Positions 37,808 through 49,913 of a stretch of DNA of 64,000 nt are shown piece by piece. This DNA comes from Octopus sinensis. Its lineage: Eukaryota. The notes under the pieces were generated by a model. It saw nothing but the letters and a program-made list of their open reading frames with translations. It had not been told where the DNA came from and searched no databases. The stretch covers positions 67,704,001-67,768,000 of the forward strand of contig NC_042999.1 in NCBI RefSeq assembly GCF_006345805.1. Reading direction: 5' to 3'. A program made the translations under genes and the position numbers. The number at the start of each line of letters is the position of its first letter. Positions within the stretch are counted from its first letter, which is position 1.

Positions 37808-39871
37808 GTGTCTGAAGAGTTTATCCTAAACTAGCAATATTCCCATCTCGTAGAATTGTGACATCAAGAAGTCTGTAGGTCCATATGAAACTACATGGTT
37901 GAGCTCAATCAGCTCCCTGGACAGCCCTACCCCAGAGTCTGAGACCCCCTTCAGTCACGACACAGACCATAGGATTGCACCTAGAAAGTTACCCTCTGAG
38001 ATACAAGTGCAGGCGAGGTTGTTTATGGAAGACCAACAGTCGCCCATACATACCAGCCTCTCCTTTCCATGCCACCGATGTTATCCTAGGGAAAGGCAAA
38101 GGGGCTGATACTGCTTGGCACCAGTGACGTCGCAACTCATTTCTACAGCTGAGTGAACTGGAACAACGTGAAATAAAGTGTCTTGCTCAAGAACACAACA
38201 CGCAGCCCGGTCCGGGATTCGAGCTCACAACCTCACGATCGTTAGCTTGACGCTCTAACCACTGAGCCATGTGCCTTTACCCCGGAGTATACCTGAGAAT
38301 ATGGGCCAGTCATTCCTGCCACTAACTCACTACATAATGTAAAAGAATGATGTTCTGCTAACAACATTACACAACTAAGAGACGATTGAAAGTGCTTGTC
38401 GATATTGTAGATGCCAGACACTATATTTTGGTTTCTCCTTTGGTCAGGACTGCAGCTCTGATAAAGAGATAAATAAACATGCTCCATAACAGAATGATGT
38501 CTAACATAAACACAATTAGTTTTAAGAACTGTCTCTTCGTTATATATCTTAATTGGTTTAATTTGGTTTAATTTGTAATTGTGATTTTATACGTTAGGTT
38601 TTTTTTGTATACTCTTTTACTTGTTTTAGTTATTTGACTGCAGTCATGCTGGAGAACCACTTTTAGTCAAGCAAATCAACCCCAGAGCTTATTCTTTGTA
38701 AGCCTAGTACTTATTCTATCAGTCTCTTTTGTCGAACCGCTAAGTTATGGGGACGTAAACACACCAGCATTGGTTGTCAAGCGATGTTGGGACGACAAAC
38801 ACAGACACACAAACATATACACACACACATACATATGCATATATATACATTTACGATGGGCTTCTTCCAGTTGCTGTCTACCAAATCCACTCACAAGGCT
38901 TTGGTCGGCCCGAGGCTATAGTAGAAGACACTTGCCCAAGGTGCCATGCAGTGGGACTGAACCCAAGACCATGTGGCTGGTAAGCAATAGTCATAGGTCT
39001 TATTTTGTTTCTATATATTTGCTATAAAATCACAAATTATTGTGACTTGTTACTAAGGGACATGATTGTAGCCCCCAAATATACTTAACTAAAACATTTA
39101 TTTATGCTAAGAAAGCATTTTGTGCTATGGTTCAAATATCATCTCAATGATAATAACACATTACAGGAAGACAGAATGGACTAAGCAGAACTGGAGGAGA
39201 CACATGGAATGGAGATTTGCTGGAGAGGTCACAGGTGTGATGAAAGATTTCAGATAGAGTACAGTTAATTGGCAAAAAATATGACCCTTCCCAAATATAA
39301 CAACCTCTGTTTTAACAAATGATTTTACATCAGGAATTTTTCAAAATGAATACATAAAAAAATAAATGTTCCTTCTTGAGCCATGCCAGGCTCATAAGGG
39401 CTGGTTTCCCCATTTCAGTGGTATAAAAATTCCCCACCTGGGTGGGACGCCAGTCCGTCGCATGATTACTCATTTTTGCCAGCTGAGTGGACTGGAGCAA
39501 CGTGAAATGAAATGTTTTGCTCAAGAACACAACACATCGCCCAGTCCAGGAATCGAAACCACAACCTTACGATCATGAGTTCAACACCTTAACCACTAAG
39601 CCATGCGCCTCCACAAAAAAATGAATGCATGAATGTAAATAACAATTGTTTCTAATTTAAGCACACGGCCAACATTTTTAGGGCAATCGATTCAATGATC
39701 TCAGTACTTGGTTGGTATTTTATTCTATCAACTTTGAAAGGATGAAAAGCAAAGCTGATCTCAGTGGAATTTGAACTTTGAACATAAAAAAGCTAGAAGA
39801 AATGGAGCACAGCATTTTGACTGACATACTAATATAATTCTGCCAGTTCACCACTGAACAATAACAAAATA

Positions 39872-39910
<39 letters not shown>

Positions 39911-41446
39911 CCGTTTTTTTATTTTTGGTTTGTTTTAAGGTACAAAGCCAGAAATTTGTGGGGAAGAGCTAGTTGCTATCATCAACCCCAATATTTGACG
40001 GGTAATTTATTGACATAAAAATGAAGGCAAAGTTGATCTCAAGAGGATCTAAACTGCAAGGCATTTTGTCTGATACTTTAAAAATTCTACCAATCTACTG
40101 CCATAATGGTTTCAAAATTTGGCACAAAGCCAGTAGTTCCAGGGGAAGGGGTAACTTGATTACATTGTCTCCAGTGCTCAACTGGTACTTTTTTTTTTAT
40201 TTTATTGACCCCAAAAGGATGAAAGGTAAAGTGACCTCAGTAGAATTTGAACTCAGAACACAAGGTCAGACGAAATGCCACTAAGCATTTTGCCTGGCAT
40301 GTTAATGATTCTGCCAGCTTGCCACCATAATCTACTGCAATAATAACAATAAATTTTATCATTTGTACAAGGACAGAAAGACAGAGATTGAACTTCCAAG
40401 GTGAACTTTTCCACTCTTCCTTACATCTTACTGAAGCCCTTCCCTATAGAGCAAAGGCCATCAATGACTTTTCTCTATTGTCCTTAGCTCTTGGCTATAA
40501 GGCCTTCCTCTCCAAGGTATTGTTGGTTTTGAACAGTTGTCAATGCTTCTGTAAGTTTGCTTTTTTTTTTTTCTAGGTAGAGGTGTTGGCCCTAATGCAA
40601 ACCCATTTTTACTTCTGGGAAGAGGTGGTCCATATTAACCTGGCCTTTATTCTTTGATCTGTCCAGCAAGGGAGACCCTATGAGGAGCTTGTACTCCACT
40701 AGCATAGATCCCAGGGTCTTTGAAACATACAAAGCACCACACTGTAATAAGGACTGGACCCTGAAGTGGGCCACACCTCACAGAGTTGATAAGATCAGAA
40801 CTGTTCAAAATAGGTCAGAATCTCATTCTATTGTTCTGTTATTTGTAAATTCCCACCCACCGAAATATGTGTGGCTTTGTGGCTGAGTTACAAATCATTA
40901 TGTTCAACAGTTCTCTGTAACTTCATAAAGCATAACGATATGGTTAAGAAGCTCGCTTTGAAACCATTCGATTTCAAGTTCAGTCCCACCGCACGTACCT
41001 GGGGCAAGTATCTTCTACTATTCAATCAATGCCTTGTGAGTGAATTTGATAAATGGAAACTATGTAAAGCCTGTCATGTGTACACACACACACACGCACA
41101 CACACATATACACATGCACACATATACACACCCTTCTTGAAAAACCATTCTTGGTTTGTTTACATTCTTGTAATTTATCTATTTGGTGAAAGAAACTGTC
41201 AGAACAAGCATCAGACTTAAAGATTAAGTACTGGGGTCAATTTCTTTGACTAAACCCTTCAAGTGGTGCTCCAGCATGGTTGCAGTCCAATGAGTGGAAT
41301 CAACCCTATTATCTCCCCTTATTTCGCTCTCGCGTCTCATGTTTGATCTTTGACCTCTGGCCGAAATCAGATCGCCATGTTGATTCGTTAGCTACTGCAC
41401 GCATTTTTTTTCTCTCCTTCTTTCTGTGTTTTTCTCTCTCTGTGTA

Positions 41447-41484
41447 TCTTTCTGTTGAAGAGCGTAGGCTCGAAACGTTAAAGA
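41447..41484 (+). ncRNA. Minimal type-I hammerhead-ribozyme-like motif (A6U core variant)
   Basis: TCTTT-CTGTTGA-A-GAGC(gtag)GCTC-GAAA-CG-TT-AAAGA: helices I and II pair fully; ACGT palindrome in helix III. Confidence 0.65.
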
Positions 41485-41952
41485 CTTGTTTTATTTATAT
41501 TTCCTGAACGCCATACTAATACAATTGTTCGTTTGTTTTCCACCTGCCTTCGTCTTTTGTTTATTTTCATAAAGCTTCCCGTTATATATATATATATGTG
41601 TGCGATGGGCTTCTTCCAGTTGCTGTCTACCAAATCCACTCACAAGGCTTTGGTTGGCCCGAAGCTATAGTAGACGACACTTGCCCAAGGTGCCACGCAG
41701 TGGGACTGAACCCAGAACCATGTGGTTGGTAAGCAAGCTACTTAACACACAACCACTCCTACACTTATATAGTGAGAATTTACAAAAAATAAAAGACAAA
41801 GACAGGTGTGTAATCAACAACAGGTGTATTAGTTTAATGCTCGGGAAGTGAGAAAGTCTTTTATGTTTTGAGCCTACGCTCTTCATATATATATACATAC
41901 ACACAGACATATATACGAGTATGCAGTGAACGAGAAGGAATGAGGTACTCAC

Positions 41953-42152
41953 CTGAGAAAGTAAGCTAAGGTAGCAATTATCCCCAATATAATCAGCTCA
42001 AGCACAAAAGTGATGACAATGAGAACATTTGGTCGAGATTTCCTTGAAGAATCTGATCCGAGATCAGAATCATTGTCTCCTCTTCCACTTTCCTCCATGT
42101 CTTTGGACAACTGGCTGTTGCTGCTCTGTGAGAGTAGTTTGGGGTAGGGCAT
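41953..42152 (-). CDS. PLPPR: PLPPR-like / PAP2-family phospholipid phosphatase-related protein, first coding exon (N-terminal tail + TM1)
   Basis: Encodes MPYPKLL...RPNVLIVITFVLELIILGIIATLAYFL(R). Acceptor ttctgttttatttcag precedes 42164, followed by 12 nt of 5'UTR with an in-frame TAA before the ATG at 42152. Donor AG|gtgagt is phase 2 and joins exon 31471 in frame. Confidence 0.9.
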
Positions 42153-42364
42153 CTTATTTTACAGCTGAAATAAAACAGAAACAGAGATATTGAGATATAG
42201 AGGAAGAGAGTGCACTCAAGTGCTTGTTTAATGTTTAAGACAGAACATCTGAAAGATGCTTAAATATATATATAGGGAGAGTTTACGAAAAAAACAAAAG
42301 ATGAAGACAGGTGGTGTACAAAAGAAACAGATGTATAAGTATAATGCTCAGAAATAGAAAAAGT

Positions 42365-42400
42365 CTTTTACATTTCGAGCCTATGCTCCTCTACAGAAAG
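42365..42400 (-). ncRNA. Minimal hammerhead-like motif, same family, sense to the pre-mRNA
   Basis: CTTT-CTGTAGA-G-GAGC(atag)GCTC-GAAA-TG-TA-AAAG. Confidence 0.55.
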
Positions 42401-42554
42401 GGACACAGAAAAAACAAGGAGAGAAACAAGGAGAGAAAAAAATGTGTGTAGTGGCTAATGATCTATAAAAAAACAATTGCAGCATGGAAGGTGTTTATGA
42501 ACCATTTAATAAACACACAAAAACTGTTAGATTCACTTCTACATTTAAATTTAA

Positions 42555-42605
42555 TTTGCCAAAATATTTTCCTCACTTTGAGACTGCGACCTGTTCACTG
42601 ACAAA
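42555..42605 (-). ncRNA. Minimal hammerhead-like motif (G3-C8 variant)
   Basis: TTTGTCA-GTGAACA-G-GTCGC(agtctcaaa)GTGAG-GAAA-ATAT-TT-TGGCAAA; 7-bp helix I, AATATT palindrome. Confidence 0.55.
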
Positions 42606-42741
42606 ATTCCGTGCTGTTTCTTAAATGGCTTATAAACACCTTCCATGCTGCAATTGCTTCCGTTCCAGCACACGATCTCAGATCAGGTCACTTGCTATGC
42701 AAGTACATCTCCATAATATATATATATATATATATATATAC

Positions 42742-42864
42742 ATAATTGATGCCATGGAATGAAACATTGGGAATCAGAGAATAAAAGAAGCCATCATCAT
42801 CAACAAGACCAAGTCACATATTAACAACAAAACCAGGAGGCACACAACCAATTGGCTATTATAG
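42742..42864 (+). mobile_element. Possible Penelope-like element GIY-YIG C-terminal remnant
   Basis: IIDAME*NIGNQRIKEAIIINKTKSHINNKTRRHTTNWLL* resembles the PLE 'RxIKEAIxI...N...W' C-terminus; lies next to PLE-like terminal repeats. Confidence 0.4.
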
Positions 42865-43413
42865 CAATGCTATTCCCAGCAATTATACACACACACACAC
42901 ACAACAGAACAGAAAATTTAGCTCAACACCAAGTTTATGAAAATTTCCTGAAGATCTCTTAACCCTGCAAAATAAAAGTATAAACCATTGACTTGTACTA
43001 ATAACTTGCATTGTTTAGCTTATCAAAAAACAAAGAAACAAAAAAAGGTATTTTATTTATAAGTAAGGTAATATATTTCCTCCATGGATGGATGTTTTTA
43101 CAATTGATTGATAAGAATGAAACTTAACTTGTTTGACAGCAGCATTCATCTGCAACTATTGTACAATGTTAAACCATGGAAATACTAACACACATGGCCA
43201 CAGTTCAATGATCTAACAAGTAAAGAAGTAAAACTGAAGAATAAAGGAATATTCTCATTAAGAAGAGAGCACAAACTGGATATAAACCTTAACAGTATCT
43301 TCACTAAACTATTGTATTTGATGGCCTAAAAGACACAAACTAGATGCATCCCAGTTTCAGAAGTGCATTTACACGACAAAATGCTTTTAGTGAGCAGAAA
43401 CTTGCAACAGGGG

Positions 43414-43640
43414 CGAGCTGGCAGAAACGTTAGCACACCGGGCAAAATGCTTAGCAGTATTTTGTCTGCCGTTAGATTCTGAGTTCAAATTCCTGCCAAG
43501 GTCGACTTTACCTTTCATCTTTTCAGGGTCAATAAATTAAGTACCAGTTACACACTGGGGTCGATGTAATCGACTTAATCCCTTCGTCTGAACTTGTTTG
43601 TCCCCTCTATGTTTAGCCCCCTGTGGGCAATAAAGAAATA
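43414..43640 (+). mobile_element. SINE family C, young insertion with an 18-bp direct repeat
   Basis: gcgagctggcagaaacgttagcac...taaagaaata flanked by agaaacttgcaacagggg at 43396-43413 and 43641-43658. Other copies at about 18870-19080, 20290-20510, 20985-21200, 32073-32290, 40105-40330. Confidence 0.85.
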
Positions 43641-44271
43641 AGAAACTTGCAACAGGGGGAGCTAACAGTGGGAAAAATCTTCAGAGGAAGAACTCCCATC
43701 AAAGTGTTTCAGCTTGTTAGTTCTGGACACTCTAAATGAGCTGGGCTCACATAGATAGTGACGCCTAGATGTTTTCTTCTTGTCATTTGAATACCACCTT
43801 CACTGGGGATTGCGGTCCGAACCTTTGGGTGAATTTATTGCTTGGCTACACAGGGTACCACACGGGGTAACTCTGTTCTCTATACAGTGCTTGGCATATT
43901 GCACCATCAGTTTACTCCAGGCTCTTAAATTGCCCACTGGAGGAAACTTGACTCTGGGACATATGGTTTGCATCTCATCAGAGGCATCATTTGCTTGGAT
44001 CTCCATGGCACTGTGAATTTTGACCAGGCTCTGCTATTCCAATGTCTTAAAGCATATAATATGTAAAACAGAGAAAGGTTATGAGCTGGTAGCATTGTTA
44101 GTATGCTAGGCAAAATGCTTAGCAGCATTTCATCCATCTTTACATTCTGGGTTCAAATTCCGTCGAGGTCAATTTTGCTTTTCATTCTTTCAAGGCCGAT
44201 AAAATAAGTATCAGTTGAACACTGGGGTTGATGTAAGGGACTAGCCCCTTTCCCAAAATTTCAGGCCGATT

Positions 44272-44826
44272 ACAGGTAAATTCACCACCATTGATTCACT
44301 GCAGAGAAAGTTCACTGCCATCAATTTACCATAAAGAAAGTTCACCATGAGGAAAGTTCATCGAGAAAATATATTCACAATTAATAGTTAAAAACTATTT
44401 TATTGGAGTGGAGGCACATGGCCTAGTGGTTAGAGCAGCTGACTCGCAGTCGAGGGATCACGGGTTCGAATCTCAGACTGGATGATGTGTGTGTTTATGA
44501 GCGAAATACCTATGCTCCATGCGGCTCTGGCAGAAGGTAATGGCAAATTTCAGCTGACTCTTTCGCCACAACTTTCTCTCACTCTTTCCTCCTGCATCTT
44601 GCAGCTCACCTGTGACGGACCGGCGTCCCATCCAGGTGGGGAACCTATAAGCCAAGCAAACTGGGAAACCGGTCCTTATGAGTCAGGCGTGGCTCAAGAA
44701 GGAACAAACAACTGTTCCTCCTAAAGGGATGAAACAACAACATTTTATTGGGGCAAAAAAAAAAAATGGTGAATTGAGGCAGTGAACTTTCCCTGCAGTG
44801 AATTGATGATGGTGGACTTAATGGAC
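44272..44826. mobile_element. TIR-bearing non-autonomous DNA element with a nested SINE
   Basis: About 48-bp inverted repeats at 44283-44331 and 44767-44814; approximate atttcag duplication on the flanks. Confidence 0.55.
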
Positions 44827-45229
44827 ATATTTCAGACTTTGTGCCAAAATTTGAAACCAATATGCAAAGTAGAGAAGTCCAAGTTTGCATTTAGAAACTG
44901 GAGTGATTTTTTCTAAGACACCTTTTGGAACAAAAAGTATGTCATCATCATCATTATCATCGTTTAACGTCCGCTTTCCATGCTTGCATGGGTCGGACGA
45001 TTTTGACTGTGGGCTGGCGAACTAGATGGCTGCACCAGGCTCCAGTCTTGATTTGGCAGAGTTTCTACAGCTGGATGCCCTTCCTAACGCCAACCCCTCC
45101 GAGAATGTAGTGGGTGCTTTTTACGTGCCACCGGCACGGGGGCCAGTCGGGCGGTACTGGCAATGACCTCAAACACAGAGCATCTCAAAATAAATACAAT
45201 AACGAAAGGATTAATATGTATCATTTTCA

Positions 45230-45545
45230 TTGTGTCATCAAATACAGTAATCTGTTTCTTAATTGTGCTTTAACTTTTCTGTTACTTTCATAACCAGTTC
45301 CATCAATTTGATGTCTCTGTTATGGTATCTAACTAGTGCAAAGTCTGCCCTTAGAGCAATTAGTAACGATACAACTACACCAGTCAATGGGTTTTACGAC
45401 ACCTCCTTGCACTATATGACTAACGATGTGAGGAGTGTATAACTTACTTCAATATTTTCAGCATCTCAATGAACATCTCCCATGGACCAGCTGCATTGCC
45501 TGCCTTTATATTCTTAATTGCACTTTCAAAATGTACAGCTGTCAA
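45230..45545 (-). mobile_element. Decayed RTE-type LINE reverse-transcriptase fragment
   Basis: Minus strand with frameshifts and stops gives ESAIKNIKAGNAAGP...EMLK, DWCSCIVTNCSKG and NRDIKLMELVMKVTEKL, matching RT N-terminal motifs (AIKxMKxGKAxGP; NYRGIKL). Confidence 0.7.
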
Positions 45546-45813
45546 CTTCAATAGCTCATCTCTCTCTCTCCCTCTCGGGTCTACTTACAACAGAGAGACT
45601 GTCTCTCTATCTCTCTGCATTCATCTCATTCACCAATCTCCCAGTATGTTATATAATGCTATACTATAATACAACAAAAGTGACTATAATGATATATGTG
45701 TGTTTTAAGTGGCCTTCATAACTTTGCCAGGATGCAATATATATATATATATAATATATATATATATATATCATCATCATCGTTTAACGTCTGTTTCCGT
45801 GCTAGCACGGTTT

Positions 45814-45849
<36 letters not shown>

Positions 45850-45978
45850 ATTATGCCTGCATGGAAAACAGCTGTTAAATATGATAATATATGTGTGTGT
45901 GTTTGTATATATATAAATATGTATTTTTGTTGTATTTTTATATATCTTGTGTATGAGTGTGTGTGTATATATATATAT

Positions 45979-46019
<41 letters not shown>

Positions 46020-46048
46020 ATATCTGTGTGTGTATGCGTAGATATATC

Positions 46049-46079
<31 letters not shown>

Positions 46080-46923
46080 GTATATATACATTTTTATAGA
46101 TATGCACATGCATATATATGTATGTATATGTTTAAATATATGTGTGTGTTTTTATATATTTATATGTGTGTGTATGTGTATACACACACACATATATGTA
46201 TGTATGTACATATTTATGTTTATATATCTGTATGTATATCTGTATGCATGTATGTACATATATATATATATATATTATATATATATATATAGCAACAGAG
46301 TACTAGTAACCGGCTTGTAGATATACAATGAAACACTTTGATAGTCAATAATATATAATGGCGTTAGAAATTAAAACAAAAGTGAGCATAAACTAAATAT
46401 ACAAGTATATGTGTGTTAAATACCAATCATGGTTCTACAACGATATATTTATAACTTTGAAATAAAGACAGCAAACTGTTAGCAAACCTAATCTAGTTTC
46501 AGAAACTATAATCTTTAAATGGCATGTATAACATTTAAATAGTGGTAGATCGGAGACAGAGATTAAGGCACAGAGAGAGAGCTGTTGAGAGAGAGAGATA
46601 GAAAGAGTGGGGAGGGGAAATGGAGGGAAAGATGGATGGAGGTAGATAGATGGAGAGATAAAGAAGGAGAGAAAGAGAGAAGGAGCCATGAGAGCATTGG
46701 AATACAAAGATGAAGAGATAAGGTTAGAAGGAAAAATTAAGATAGAAAGATGGAAAGATAAAGGATAGAGATTTGAAAGAATGATTGGGAAAGCGACACG
46801 ATATATATATATATATATAGATAGATAGATAGATAGATAGAGGGAGGGAGCAAAACAGGTTGATGATGTAAATTTATTTGGACACTGCAGAATACCCACA
46901 CAGATGTATATATGTGTATATAT

Positions 46924-46967
<44 letters not shown>

Positions 46968-47034
46968 ATATATATATTATATATATATATATATGTAATT
47001 GGGTGACAAAAACTGAAAAAAGCCTTTCATATAT

Positions 47035-47068
<34 letters not shown>

Positions 47069-47072
47069 AATA

Positions 47073-47116
<44 letters not shown>

Positions 47117-47120
47117 TATA

Positions 47121-47816
47121 TATTGGGTCATCCCATAAATAATGCGGATTTTTTATACTTCTTTTATTTTTCAAAATTAAGAAAAGCTTAGTTATTTTTT
47201 AATCTAAAATAGACTCTCCTTCATTTTCTACAATGCTCTTCCATCTATCTTATAGATTTACAAGGCTCCTCTTCCAAAATTCACCTGTCCATGACGAAAG
47301 GCCAGGCATTATCCTGATGGAAGAATACCTTTTGTCTTGGTGACACACAGGTGTCAATGAATGGTTAAATGACCAAATCCAAGCTTCTCTGCTAGTTCCT
47401 CAACCGTTATGATGGGATTTTGTTCCACCAAGGTTTGTAGGACATCCATGTCAAGCTCTACACATATTCCAGGATGAGGTTTTTCTTCCAGGGTGTAGTT
47501 TCCGGCTCAGAATTTCTGGACCCACTGTTGACACTGGTTTATGCTTATTGTCCACCCTCCATATACTGCATTAATATTCCTTGCACATTTTGTTGTGTTG
47601 TTGCCATTATTGAATATGCTCTTTTGGTCACTTCCATTATAGCTTTGACAAAAAAACTTAAAATTGAACTGCATTCTTCCAAACATGCACTAAGAATAAG
47701 GACAAGGTAAAATTACTACCTGCTTTTATAGCAAGTTGATGCAGGTAGTTCATTTTGTCCTCCTCTGACTTAGTTCATAAAATTGGAAAAAACCACATTA
47801 TTTATAGCATGACCCA

Positions 47817-47819
<3 letters not shown>
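47121..47819 (-). mobile_element. Internally deleted mariner DNA transposon
   Basis: TIRs tattgggtcatcccataaataatgcgg / ccacattatttatagcatgacccagta with TA ends. Minus strand gives decayed transposase pieces: NINAVYGG...QCQQWVQKF*AGNYTLEE...LQTLVEQNPIITVEELAEKLGFGH, FHQDNA, RWKSIVENEGESILD. Confidence 0.9.
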
Positions 47820-47873
<54 letters not shown>

Positions 47874-48863
47874 GTGTGTGTGTGTGTGTGTGGAGGCGCA
47901 ATGGCCCAATGGTTAGGGCAGCAGACTGGCAGTCGTAGGATCATGGTTTCGATTCCCGGACTGGGCATTGAGTGTTTATTGAGCAAAAACACCCAAAGTT
48001 CCATGAGGCTCCAGCAGGGGGAGGTGGCGATCCCTGCTGTACTCTTTCGCCACAACTTTCTATCGTTCTTTCTTCTGTTGGCCTGCTCGCTTAGCCAGTG
48101 GGGTGGCGTCATTTGAAGGCTAAAACAGTGCGAAGCTCATTGTGACCAGCGATGTGTAGCAACATCTGATAGCCTGGTCGGTCACGGTGATCACAGTGAT
48201 ATATATATATATATGTATGTATATATATATATATATATGTGTAGGAGAGTATTGTAGTTCACTTGAAGCCTTATGTATTGTTTGTAAAGAATAAAAAGTT
48301 TTGAATGGTACAACAATGCACTATAATACAGACAATGGGCTATATACCTGTTGTAATTTAATCATCCATAGTCTGGTATGATATTTTGGAATAATATTCC
48401 TTCTTCAGATATTCTTAGATGGACTCCATCTAAGAATATCTCAAGAAGGAATTTTATTCTGAAATATCATATCAAGCGATGGTGGGGTGGGGGACAAACA
48501 CAGAAATACAAACACACACACACACATATACACAACAGGTTTCTTTCAGTTTCCGTCTACCAAATCCACTCACAAGGCTACAATAGAAGACTTGCCCAAG
48601 GTGCCATGTGGTTGGTAAGCAAGCTACTTAGCACACAGCCACTCATGCACCTATACACATATGAAAAAACAAGTCAGGATAGAAAATGCTAAAATAATTT
48701 TATAAAGAACATTTCAGTTTATATATATATACACACTGCTTGATAACTACCATACATGAAACTCAGTCTATCTATTACTTTTACAACTTTCTGCTAACTG
48801 AAAATAAAATGTATCTACATCTATATATGTATATATACATATGTATGCACGTGTATATATACA

Positions 48864-48900
<37 letters not shown>

Positions 48901-49344
48901 ACATATGGTCTAGTGGTTGCACTCACGATTGCTAGATCATGGGACTGATCCACAGACTGACCAATCTGTTGTGTTTTTGAGAGTATAAAACTCTGAACTT
49001 CATGTTGCTCTGCAATCATTTTGACATTTTGATGTGTGGCACATTTGAGCACCTGTACAGGTGATGTTGATTTGATGGAGAAAGTGAATTAAGGTACAGC
49101 ACATACATTCGATCACTTTAAACCAACCATTTATGCAGGTAGATCAGCAAAAACTGAAAACTCATACATTATCTTCTTATGGGAAATTCCATCGTATATG
49201 TATTTAGGAGACAATGAATAGTTATGGATAGAATCTCTACAGTGCTACAGACTCTTTGAAAATGCATCTAGTTTATGCTGTAAAATGGTTGGTGATTGTA
49301 AGGGTACCAAACATAGAAAACCCGCCAAGAATAATCTTTTTGAA

Positions 49345-49913
49345 GGCAGCGAGCTGGCAGAAACGTTAGCACACCAGGCGAAATGCTTAGCGGTATTTCG
49401 CCTGCCACTACGTTCTGAGATCAAATTCCACCGAGGTCGACTTTGCCTTTCATCCTTTCGGGGTCGATTAAATAAGTACCAGTTATGCACTGGGGTCAAT
49501 GTAATCGACTTAATCCATTTGTCTGTCCTTGTTTGTCCTTTCTGTGTTTAGTCCCTTGTGGGTAGTAAAGAAATAGGTATTTCATCTGCCGCTACGTTCT
49601 GAGTTCAAATTCCACCGAGGTCGACTTTGCCTTTCATCCTTTCGGGGTTGATTAAATAAGTACCAGTTATGCACTGGGGTCGATATAATCGACTTAATCC
49701 GTTTGTTTGTCCTTGTTTGTCCTTTCTGTGTTTAGCCCCTTGTGCGTAGTAAAGAAATAGGTATTTCATCTGCCGCTACGTTCTGAGTTCAAATTCCGCT
49801 GCAGTCAACTTTGCCTTTCATCCTTAAGGGGTCGATCCAATCAACTTAATCCCTTTGTCTGTCCTTGTTTGTCCCCTCTATGTTTAGCTGCTTGTGGGCA
49901 ATAAAGAAATAAG
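49345..49913 (+). repeat. SINE family C head followed by three tandem 184-bp body units
   Basis: Units start with ggtatttc at 49392, 49576 and 49760; the third is internally deleted. Confidence 0.85.

Noticed and set aside
49392-49913. CRISPR-like array
   Set aside because: Eukaryotic SINE tandem units with no unique spacers and no cas genes.
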